Of a stretch of 64,000 bases of DNA, positions 32,844 through 43,634 are shown piece by piece (within the stretch, counting starts at the first letter, position 1; each line of letters opens with the position of its first letter). This DNA is from Macrostomum hystrix. Taxonomy: Eukaryota; Animalia; Platyhelminthes. The notes beneath the pieces were generated by a model that saw nothing but the letters and a program-made list of their open reading frames with translations, was not told the DNA's origin and made no database searches. Location: positions 1,302,001 through 1,366,000 of the forward strand of contig CATNEN010000015.1 of the NCBI GenBank assembly GCA_950097015.1, read 5' to 3'. Position numbers and translations under genes: made by a program.

Positions 32844-35221
32844 TGATGTGGAGTGTGCTGCGGGAATCGAGCGGGAATGTGAGCCAGCATAATTTTTCAA
32901 ATTTTTAAGTAACTAATAATTGCGACCCACATAGCAGCTGGCCACAAAACAAGATCATTAATCTTAGGGCCGGGTTTGAGGCGGCGGTGAATCAAGTAGC
33001 TGTCGAATCCTCTCTCTCCGGAGTTGTCTAGACTCCCCGTAGGAATGACTGATCGCGGCCATAATGTTACTGTATGAACTAGTTTAGGTCATAATTCCCC
33101 TCCAAACCGCGATCAGATATAGGGGCTCACTCGCGCGTTATGAGTGATCATTAAATTCTTCATGTCCCCTCTTCTTTACAGTATTCGAGCCCAGCTCGAC
33201 TTTATGATCTCCCCCTTGTAGATACTCGTAAATGTCACTGTAGGCAGGTCGGCGCCTGCGCTTCCATTGTCCCGGCGGAGTAACAATTGTTGGCCGTCTG
33301 CCGATGGCTGCTCTCGATGAGCACCTGTCGTTTCCCGCCGCCGGTTCATTGGGCAATTGGGGCGGCCTGTCGTCGCTTCGATTCCGCGTTGACAGGCGGG
33401 CGCGAATGTGGGTTGCTTTGATGGATGTCGGGGTTGGCGTGCTGCAAGGCCTATTTAAGCAAGCGCGCTGCGCTGCTCCCTCTAGAACCTCTTTTCTCCC
33501 ACCGGCTCTTCCCCTTCTTCCCTGCCGGACTTACTTTTGCCGGGCCGGACTCCCACCGGACCCAGAGCACCTTTCCGGACCCACTTAGGGCATAGACCCT
33601 AGAGCTCATAGCTCCACAGTTAGCGCAGGCCCATTGCCTGTCCCCATTCCCCCTGAGCGCGAGCCACCTCTTTAGGTGAGCCGTTTAAATTGAGCCTTGA
33701 GCTCCAAGCGTGTTGGCCCCTGCCGACTCGCAGCATCTTTCCCTTCCCGGCCTTTGCTGTCTTACCCCATCCTCTTCCCCGAGAACAACGGGATTGCAGC
33801 ACGCAGCCGAAGCGACTTCAGCTAAGTAACCCGCGCAGCGGTTTTTGCAATTATTGCTCCTAAGGGGCTTTCTGTTAATTAGGCGGCTATTAGTGGGCAC
33901 GAGCTTAGGATTCGAGGCTTAATATACGGACTATTCATTCGCCAATTATTAAAACATTAGGCCAAACTTAATAACAATTTAAATCTTTTCCGCCATGCTG
34001 TTATTTCCTCTTTATTTTCTCATTAGACAGCGCTCTACCATGAGTGGCTAATCTATTAGGGGAATGGGCTCTGGCACAGCCGAGCTGAAAGCTGCGGCAG
34101 GAAGGCAATTGTGAGCGCGCATGAGAGTAATATGGAGCTAGGGATGTGCAAGTACCATGCGGAGTGTAGCACGTGTTTTCTTTCTGCCCAGGGGTGGGAA
34201 TTCCTTGGCGGGTTATTCCTCTCTTCCTGGCGGATCGAGGAGTGCGTGTCAAACTCCCCTGCCGATTGAGTCTTCCTTCTGTTCCCCGCCTCTCGCATCC
34301 GCCGGGCGGGGACACTCGCGGGGCGTGTACCCATGGGTCAGCTGACGGGACAGCGTGGAGGGATTCCTGCACCCGAAGGCACAGGTCTCCTTCCTGCCAA
34401 GCCTGCTCAAAAAGCGACTGCAGGTGTGAGGCATCGCAGACCTTAGCCCGTGGGCCTGGTCTGACTCATACCTCACAGGCACTGTGTCCCGCCGGTGCGA
34501 GCCTTAATGTACAGAATGTGTCTGATGTCCCATGAGTGGGATTCTGGCTATGGATTTCTCTTTCGGGTTCTGAGTACCACCTTTCTAGACCACTGTAGCG
34601 CAAATTCAGGAATCCCCTGGTGAGGCGTGTCTCGATCCATTCTGGGGTCTTCACCCTAGTCTAAAACGGAAGTTACAGAAGGCTCTATTTTTTCGGCTTG
34701 TCTAAGATCTGTGTGACAAACTAGGAGCTGCGAGCTCCGGGGACCCAAGTTCCCAAATGTCTGCGGTGGCAACGTAGGCGCATTGGGTGGTGGCGCTACC
34801 CTAGATCATTTTTCCGCTTTGCCGATAGCCTTTCCGCATTTCTAAGACAAGAGCCTAGGCCGAGTCGACCACTGCTACCAAGGTTAGGGGTCAGTTACGA
34901 ACATGCTACTGATGACAGTAGGCTACCTAGCCCTGTCCTATCCGCTTGCGGGTAGCCCGACATCTATTTAGACTTTTAGCCGGTTTCGAGCACTGCTTGG
35001 GGTAGGCACGGCAGTCATGCCTGTGGCCTATGGGTTGAGTGGGACTGGCCAGCCTGAGGCCGAGAGGACCACTCCCTGCATCCACTGTCTCTCCCTTCAT
35101 CTCTCCCTTCATCCCTCTTTCCGCGGCAACTCGCGAGACTTTGCGGTACGACTTCTGACTCTATCGCCATCCCCACACCCCTTTCCTTCACGAGGACAGA
35201 TCATCGGATTGCAAACCCGCA
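32844..35221. mobile_element. Unclassified 2.4-kb insertion, TG...CA, flanked by GCTATT duplication
   Basis: GCTATT at 32838-32843 and 35222-35227. Absent from the paralogous 3' flank of the WSC+PAN gene at about 40020-40130. No recognisable protein domains. Confidence 0.6.
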
Positions 35222-36689
35222 GCTATTTCATATTGAATCTCAATAATTCTTTACTGTGATTTAGAGACCGAACTTTAAGAGGCTTAGCAGTGTGATCAAC
35301 TAGTCGCAAAAATAGCCAACAAAAGTATACTCAGCAACATTTCAAAAGTGTGACACCCGTGACGAGAGGCGATAATTTGTCTCAGTTGAGACGCGAATAG
35401 CAAGCTAAAAACCGCCAAAATTTGCCAGCAGTTTAGGTACTCTCACTGATGCAAGCATCAACCCGCGTCCCCAGTACCGCAGTCTCCGATGCATGGAGCG
35501 AGTCCCGTCATTCTAGACTCAAGTGAGAGAAATTTTCACTGAGTCTGTTGCTGAGTATATTTGATTTGACAAAACATTTGTGTGTTTATTTACTAGAAAT
35601 TGAGCTTCTTGAGAATTATACTCGTATATCTCTGGTTATAAAAGCGAGAGAAATTGCATGAACACAAATGTTGTACATTATTTGCGCCTTAGCGAGCAAT
35701 GTACTGTAAGCTCCCTTAACTCCCTTGTGCAGAATGTAGAAATAAAATAAGGTGTCTTCGTCTGCAGCTGTGCTAAATCGGCTTTTTGGATGCTCATCTC
35801 ACTGGATCTCACCAGGGTTCAACTGAATGGTGTGTTGACCAGCTTTCTACTCGGTTGCGACTGATTGGTTGACGCACTAGGCGAGGATCCTGTGGTCCCA
35901 TCCATATTAAGGCTCGATCAGTGAAATGGGAGAAATTTTTATCAGTGTGTCCATATTTGGCTGGTTGCACTCGTTGAAGGTTCAGCAGCTCCGTCTAGAT
36001 AAAGATGCATGACTACCGAAGTTGGAGATGATGCAGGAACATTCAGGTGATGAGCTGATAAAGTTTGAAGGCTTGGCAAGGCCGCACTGAGGCGCAGAGC
36101 GAGTTCGTTTATACGGGTATGAAATTTTCCAGCTCTTATTGGAAAAAGCTGACCCTCGGCCAGAACCGATGACCTATCCCGACGGTCTGAAGGGCTGGCG
36201 ACTTTTGATTCAGAAGATGCGCAATAAAACGTTGGCCCGTGTACTTGAGCTTCGTGTGCTGGCGTTTCTCCGTTCGGATTCAGCAAAGAATAGTCAGCGG
36301 GGGATTTTTCCTTGGTAATTTTTTTCTTGGTATAAAAATGGGCGAGAAGATGGCCAGGTAGTCCTACTGTTAACTTTCCTAACGAGAGTCCAAATTTGAA
36401 GCTGTCACTCTAGTTGCGAATACAAAAGAAGCAATATGCAACCAATATGAATATTTTTAAACCGTGGTCTTCAAACTCTGAATGGTAAGTTGTCAGACAG
36501 ATGGAGAAAATGTACTAAGTTCTGAGGAAAATTGAGCTATGACAGCCACTTAGTCACTGCACGCGCTCAAATAGATTTCGTCACAGCATAGACCTACCAT
36601 CATGTCCCTCGGATTCTCTCCCTTTCTGCATGCAGAAGGCCTATGGTATAGATTCCCTCATTATCATTTGTCGTCTTCACCTTGCCAGT

Positions 36690-37207
36690 CATCTTAAGAG
36701 CGATGCATTCGCGGCCGCTTTCGAGTCTTGGAGGCTGGAGCTGGCCGATACGGAGATGCCAGCCGAGCTGTGCTCTCTGGTGTGAAGGACGGCTTCCGTA
36801 TTCGCAATGTCTGCGGCGCCTTCAAAGTGGTTGATCAGGAGAACCACGGCTCCATCCGTCATGCTGCTGTCCAAGCCCTGATCCAAGAAGAGTTACGGAC
36901 TGGGAGGTACCGCGTTTGTAGTCAGCCGACTATCGTCAGAGCCATTGGCGCCATTCCCAAGCCTGTTGGACGCATCCGGCTCATCCATGACTGCAGCCAG
37001 CCACGGGGCGCCGCTGTCAACCACATGTTCGCGGGCCAGCAGCATTTGCCAGGAGGCTGCGCAGGGGCATGTGCAAGGTGGACTTGAGTCAAGCCTATCG
37101 CTCCTGCGGCATCCACCCGAGTAATCACTGCCTTACCGGCTCAAAGTTCACCTTTGATGGCGATTTCAAGCCGACCTACGTGGTGGACATCCGGCTGCAG
37201 TTTGGCA
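36690..37207 (+). mobile_element. DIRS/Ngaro-like (tyrosine-recombinase retrotransposon) reverse transcriptase fragment
   Basis: GVKDGFRI, AIGAIPKP.GRIRLIHDCSQP, and after a frameshift KVDLSQAYRSCGIHP...YVVDIRLQFG. Confidence 0.75.
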
Positions 37208-38223
37208 GTAAAAGATGCTAGAAACTGCTGCTGATATCACCACCTTGTATAGAATTCAGGCGAGCAGGTCATGTTCTTTTTATCGTAAGGCAGGAAGTGA
37301 AAATAAATATTGGAAGTAGAACCCAGAAAAGTTAGCTCTGCTTAACTTTAACTGAAAGAATAACTTTGATGACAGACAACTAAAACTGAATTAAACTAGT
37401 CAGAATTTCTGGAAATGGACTATTTTACAAACTGGAAAAACAGGCTGACAACCAAGTTAGCGTTGAGTTCCTTAGAATTCTTTCTCTCGGACAGAGAAAT
37501 AACGTTTCTGCCCGCCCACCCGCCCGCCCACCCGCCCGCCCACCCGCCCGCCCGCCTGTCCGCGGTGCCGCCCTAGAACCACGCACCAGTTTGCCGTGAA
37601 TGCATTGCATTCAATATGACTGGCAAGGAGAAGGCGAAAAATGCTGAGAATCTGATAGCCAATAAGCAGAATTAAGCGAGCGCAACTGACAAGACCAATT
37701 GGCCAGGTGCAGCTGTTTGCCAGGCCATGTACAGGATCAGTAACAAAAAGACAGGCTATATTTTACCTCTCTCCATTGCATATCCGTTTCCTTGGTGACA
37801 TGTCGTAGAGTGTTTGCTCATCCCACTTTCTGCCAATAACTATGCATTTGTTTTAATATAATGGAAAGAACTGCTAGGTCACTCCTCACTCCCACTTGCC
37901 ATGCGAGCACCAGCTGGGATGCAAGCAAGAACGCAGCCCAGGATAAAATGTTGCAATTCTATAAAAATCTATTTTTCATGTGCGGCAACTCATTCCAAGT
38001 TTCTTTTTTTTAACAAAAAATACTTGGCGCATTTAGTCTGGAGCGGTCCATATAAAAAGCCTTTCTTATTGAAGACCTGGACCAGACTTGCTATCGCAAC
38101 CACCAATCAGAAATTTCCATTCCCACTACTAGCATAAAGGCAGTTGTCGATTTTCCTCTTTCAGAATTCTGTAGCCCGAGTGTAGCCTGAGATTTCAGCT
38201 GTTAGTGAGCTGGAACTTCTAAA

Positions 38224-39933
38224 ATGCCCGTTGAAAGCTCCAGAAAAATATTTTTCGCTGCGACTCTAACCCTGGCCTGTGCGCTCTCAGCAACTGTTGC
38301 CAGGCAGTTCCAGCTCACGAGTGTCGGCTGCTTCATCGACCTGACGACTGGCGGAAGAGACGTCAACGAGCTGAAAGACTTCGGCTTCACCCGGTTTGGC
38401 CAAGCCAGCCTGCAGCAGGGAACATACGAGTACTTCCAGTCCAATGTGTCTGTGCGCAGTTCCACAATGACCCACGACCTCTGCGGCAGCGTGTGCGCTC
38501 TGGGCGGCTTCCAGTACATTGCGCTGCAGTCCTGGGAGTGGTGCTTTTGTGGCAACGTCTATGGCCGGCAGGGCAGCGCTGCCAGCACTGACTGTAATAC
38601 GGCATGCTTCGGCAATGCAACCCAGAACTGCGGAGCTAACTACAGAAACTTCGTGCTCAAGCTGAACTACATCTGCAGTGACTGTGAGCTGCTTCTTTAC
38701 TGCAAATTTGTACTTTTTAACAAACAAAGCCGGAAGTCTGTTACGATTATGGTTTCAGCAAGCTGAGGCGAACATCTGTTGTGAGCTGCGACTCACAATT
38801 CCCTTGCACCGACCCCAGAATTCTTTTAGCCTTTCACCCCAGCCATCTGGGCGATAAATAGAAGACAACAATAGAATCGTTGCGTTTTTCGCTGCTTTGA
38901 CTCGTTTGACCCCTGCCAGTAAGATACGCGTTTAACGATTCATTCATTTCCTGCTCTCTTCATCATACACTTGCTTAACCTTCCCGACCTCAGTGTCCTC
39001 TGATTGGACACGAGTGGCCAACCGCTCATCCAAAGATCCTCTATCCTTCCGCGTCTGCCCTCGAGTCTGCGAAGTGTCGGTACGCCTCCAGACCGCTACC
39101 CACATCACTCTGGTGCTGTTGAGTGGCCGCCTGCTCAGTCATCCGCGTATCCTTCTCGCAGGGCTAAGCGAGTGTCTGTCCGCTCCTAGCCCCTCATCTC
39201 TACCTCGGAGTGTCATTACGCCTCGAGGGTCGCCGCTCCCCTTCCCTCCTCCACGGCAAGCTCTAGGCAGTCCGGACCCGAACCCCGACTACCCGTCTGC
39301 TGTCCGCTCGACGGTAACGGATATTACAGCACATCTGTCTATGCAGCAATGCAAATCGAATTGACTATCGTGATCTTTATAGCTAGCTTCGAGTTCACAA
39401 ATGGTGCTCATTTTTGTTACAACTTGAATTGATGAGGAAGACTAAGACAGCATCTGATAGTTTGCACTGTATAATGCGCTGCTTGGTGGATGTTATTCCT
39501 CCCATCGATCGGCTCTTGTATTTCTTCTTTGAGCTGAGATGTCTCGATCTACTAAGCTGTAGCTGCACTTGCTACGGAGTCATTGACATTAGACAGAAGA
39601 CAAAGTTGGGCTTTGTGCCAACTAAATAAATAAAAGTTCAAAGCCAAAACCACAACAATTTTATTACTGTGCCTGAGTCAATTCCTGAGACTCCTCTGCT
39701 CAATCACAGGCTTTGTCCTCGGCAACCGCACCCTGGTCGGCATCAGCAAGCCGAATGCACCGGCCTTCTCGAGTCTCAAAGCTCGTAGACTCACTGAGTG
39801 CATCTTTCTCTGCGGTGTCGGCTGCGAGGCGGTGGTCTTCAACCATGAGCAGGGCCTCTGCCACCTGCTGGAGTTCGCAGTGGTGCCAGCTGCTCTCGAC
39901 AGCGCCAGCAGCGAGTTCTTCGTCCGCGGCTGA
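38224..39933 (+). CDS. Secreted WSC-domain plus PAN/Apple-like protein, copy 1 (exons 38224-38683 and 39710-39933; 227 aa)
   Basis: Signal peptide IFFAATLTLACALSATVA. WSC pattern VGCF.D...MTHDLCGSVC...FQYIALQ..EWCFCGN...STDCNTACFGNATQNCGA. PAN-like C...ECIFLCGVGCEAVVFN..QGLCHLL. Phase-1 GT-AG intron gives an open frame of 684 nt. Confidence 0.82.
38777..39331. mobile_element. Solo LTR (555 bp) with 4-bp TSD CATC, in the WSC+PAN intron
   Basis: Termini TGTTGT...ACAGCA, TSD at 38773-38776 and 39332-39335. The empty site is in the copy-2 intron near 32360. Confidence 0.8.
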
Positions 39934-41049
39934 GCCTGAGGCAAGCTTTTGAGTGCGGTACAAATGCTCGAGCACGAACATTGTGTGTGCACCTAGGATT
40001 GTCGGGATCACCAATCATGTCGCGTGTGGTGTCCTTTAAACTAGTTACTAGAGATATTTAATCTCGTTCTTAACTGTGATTTTGAAACCGAGCAGTGAAC
40101 TTTAAGAGGCCTAGCAGACTGTGATGAACTAGTGAGGTTCGCAAGCGAAAGTGTTATTTTTTAAGGCATTGTGCCCGTGGCGCATTCTTTCGCTCCTTTT
40201 TGTGTTGCGCCTACCTTCGCCGCGTGCCCCCCGGCTCTGCACCTTTGGCTGCTCACCTGCTTTGCTCTCTGCACGCGCTTGCCAAAATATTTTTTTCCGC
40301 TGTTACTGAGCTCAAAAACCTGCGTTCTCATTTCATTTTAATCTTCGACTTACCGTTAAAGCATCATTTTAGCCACTGATTTTCATAACACTGTATGCTA
40401 TCGCTATCCAAATACATGTCTTGGTGAGGGGATCGCCCCACTCCTCCCTGCTCGTGCCTTCGCAATTTTTCGCAAGGATAAACACATTGGTTGTCTTTAT
40501 CAAAGCAGATAAGCAGTTGGCTGTCCCTGTGAAAGCAGATAAGCATATTGGCTGTCCCTGTGAAAGCAGATAAGCATATTGGCTGCCTCTGTGATAAGCA
40601 TACCTGTCAGATTATTAATCGCAATCACCGACTAACAGTATAACTACAAAGGGGTGATTTTGTTCGGCACCCGAACGGAACAAGGCAAGCACACGAAACT
40701 CAAGAAAACAGGCCAATTTTTTGCGCATCTTCTAAAAACAAGAATCAAGTCGCCAGCTCAGATTTTTTAGACAAAGTCAGATTTGTCTCATAATATTTGT
40801 ATTCACAAATTATCACTGCAGATGTACACGCCTGAGTGAGCGTGTGCCCCATTGTGCTGCAGGAGGTGCGAGATGGTAGGCAACACCGTGAAGTGCACTG
40901 CTGAACCGCCGGATGGCAAATCAACTCCGTCTCTAAAAATAAACTGCAATATATGAGGAGGAAGAACTGAAGCGACTTTCGCGAAGACCACCGCTGGCAC
41001 TAGCTCTACAATTTTCCAGAACGGAGTTCTTGCTACCAGCTCCTGCGTC

Positions 41050-41160
41050 CTGAGGGAACTGCAGGGCTGAGCGGGGGGAGCTGCAGGACTGAGCGGAGGG
41101 AACTGCAGGACTGAGCGGAGGGAACTGCGGGACTGAGCGGAGGGAACTGCAGGACTGTTG
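41050..41160 (-). repeat. 22-bp minisatellite (CTGCAGTTCCCTCCGCTCAGTC), about 5 copies, inverted relative to 41760-42120
   Basis: GACTGAGCGGAGGGAACTGCAG units read directly. Confidence 0.9.
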
Positions 41161-41759
41161 CTGCCGGTCGTCGAGGCATTCACTGACGGCCGGCCGGTCC
41201 ATTTCCCGAGTACCGGCAGGGCTGTTCACATCGCAGGCTGTGGCCAAGAGCTGTTCGAAAACTCCACAAAGATGCCTTCCGGCCGTTTCCAGCCATTAGA
41301 AAATTATCTAGATTATTGTAAAGCATTGCAAGGCGACTCTAAAATAAAAGTTTGCTCCATATTTGACAATGTGCCTTACATATTATAAAGTTCCTTTTTC
41401 TACTTAGATTAGTAGCCACTATATTTTTTTTTATTCGAATGTGCTTTTACAATCGATATTATCCAGACTACCTTTTTATGTATTTTAGCACAGATTGCGT
41501 CCCGTATTACTGTCCACTGCCAGTACCAGTAGTATTGCCCGCCTCCTGATTCCGTGGCTTATCTTTCGAAGATTCAAGTAAGAAATAATTAGACAAGTAA
41601 ATATACAGTGATTTAGACAAAATGGCCAACAGTTAGTCATATATTTATCAATATCTGCGATTCGGGCCTTCCTCCCACGTGACCAAACTGTCATCTTCTG
41701 TGTACTGAAATTATTCACTTCCAGCACCACTTCTTTACGCTGACTAACTCCGTCCCAGC

Positions 41760-42120
41760 AGCAGAGCTGCAGTTCCCTCCGCTCAGTCCTGCAGTTCCCT
41801 CCGCTCAGTCCTGCAGTTCCCTCCGCTCAGTCCTGCAGTTCCCTCCGCTCAGTCCTGCAGTTCCCTCCGCTCAGTCCTGCAGTTCCCTCCGCTCAGTCCT
41901 GCAGTTCCCTCCGCTCAGTCCTGCAGTTCCCTCCGCTCAGTCCTGCAGTTCCCATCGGCTCAGTCCTGCAGTTCCCTCCGCTCAGTCCTGCAGTTCCCTC
42001 CGCTCAGTCCTGCAGTTCCCCTCGGCTCAGTCCTGCAGTTCCCTCCGCTCAGTCCTGCAGTTCCCTCCGCTCAGTCCTGCAGTTCCCTCCGCTCAGTCCT
42101 GCAGTTCCTCTCGGCTCAGT
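41760..42120 (+). repeat. 22-bp minisatellite (CTGCAGTTCCCTCCGCTCAGTC)n, about 16 copies
   Basis: Unit read directly; abuts the Gypsy protease fragment. Confidence 0.95.
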
Positions 42121-42805
42121 CTCCTGCTCATCCCCGACCTGGCCGCCGGCCGGCGTTTCCTGGTCGACACTAGCGCAAAGGTGAGTATTTTTCCGGTCTC
42201 AGGGGCCGACGCCCGCACGCACTCACCTGGCCCGCCACTTTTCGGGGCCAACGGCAGCCTGATCCGTACCTTCGGCAGCCAGACGCTCACAATTGACCTT
42301 GGCGTCAAGACCTGTACCTGGCCGTTCATCCTTGCCGAGGTGACCCGGCCGTTGATCGGCGCCGATTTTCTGCGGCATCCTCTTGGTGGACCTGCCGAAC
42401 CGTCGCTTGCTGGACGCTAGCTCGTTGTCCAGTGTCCACCGACATCCGGCTCTTTGCGGGCAAAGACATCCGGTGGCCGACGCTCTGTCCCGTTGCACCG
42501 TTGCCTCCGTGCAGCCGCTGCTTCCTGGTATCGTGCGCAGACTTAAGACGACCCTGCGCTTGCGGACACCGGTCTTAGGCTAGAACGAGTGGCGCTTGGC
42601 CCCGGCCTGGAGGTTCTCTGCGACACAGTAACCGGCCGTCCACGACCGCTCGTGCCCGCCGACTTCCGCCGTGCCGTCTTCGCGACGCCATCCTCAGCCT
42701 GGCGCACCCGTCAGTCTGCAGCAAATGGCGCCTTGTGTCCGAGAAGTTCGTGGCCCGGACTCAAGAGGAACGTCGGCCAGTGGGCACGCAGCTGCATCAC
42801 CATCA
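42118..42805 (+). mobile_element. Gypsy/Ty3 pol remnant, internally deleted: protease, RNase H end, integrase N-terminus
   Basis: FLVDTSAKVS...GANGSLIRTFG...PLIGADFLRH, VDLPNRRL, PVADALSR, RPLVPADFRRAVF...WPGLKRNVGQWARSC; frameshifted. Confidence 0.85.
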
Positions 42806-43634
42806 ACTTTTTAGGACTTGCTTTTTATCTTCTGGTTAGGTCTTCTGTGTACGCAGTGGTATTGTCGGTTTTGTTTTACTCAATGCCTTTGTGTATTTTA
42901 ACTGTGCGTTCGGAGACCTGAGAAATGAATTAGCATCATACTACTGCAGTTTGCGGTGAGAAGTAGGATAAGTGTAGCTTATCACCAGCTTTCCTCAGCG
43001 CTTTGGCAGCTGGATCAGTTTATTGGCAGCATTGGCTTTCTGATAGACTTTGATTACTGATTTTCCACTCTACCTACTGAGCCTCAGTAGCGTGATGCGC
43101 GTGATTGTCGGTTTTAATCAAGACAGTATTAGCGTCGTGAGCAGTCAGTGTGCAATTAAATGCTCAGACTAATGAGTTCGAGGTGGCATGAGCAGGCTTT
43201 TATTTCAGAAGGGCAGAGTTCCTTACTCACAGCTAAAGAAGGACTCTCATATGATACAGGTTTCCATTTTATTGGGCTTTCTCACAAGACGTGAGCTACT
43301 TCATTGTATTGTTCGCTAACTTCGGTTTTGAGCTGTCTTCGAAAGTCTTAAATCTCAATAAAACAAATGGATTATTGAGCAGGGTGAGCACAGAGTTAAA
43401 TATATTTACTCCGATCTTACTGAATTAACCATGCAATATAATCAATTCACACGTTTAATTGTGCATTCAGCAAGCTGATTAAATGGGGATTTTTTCTGAA
43501 TATTATTGCTGCTTTTATTTCAAATAAGGCTGGTGAATATATTGTTAGAGCACAGTGGAAATTGAGTTGCCACTGGCTGAAGCGGAGAAGTTCAGTTTTC
43601 TGCGGTCCATGGCCGATTCATCAGCTGCTGCTGA

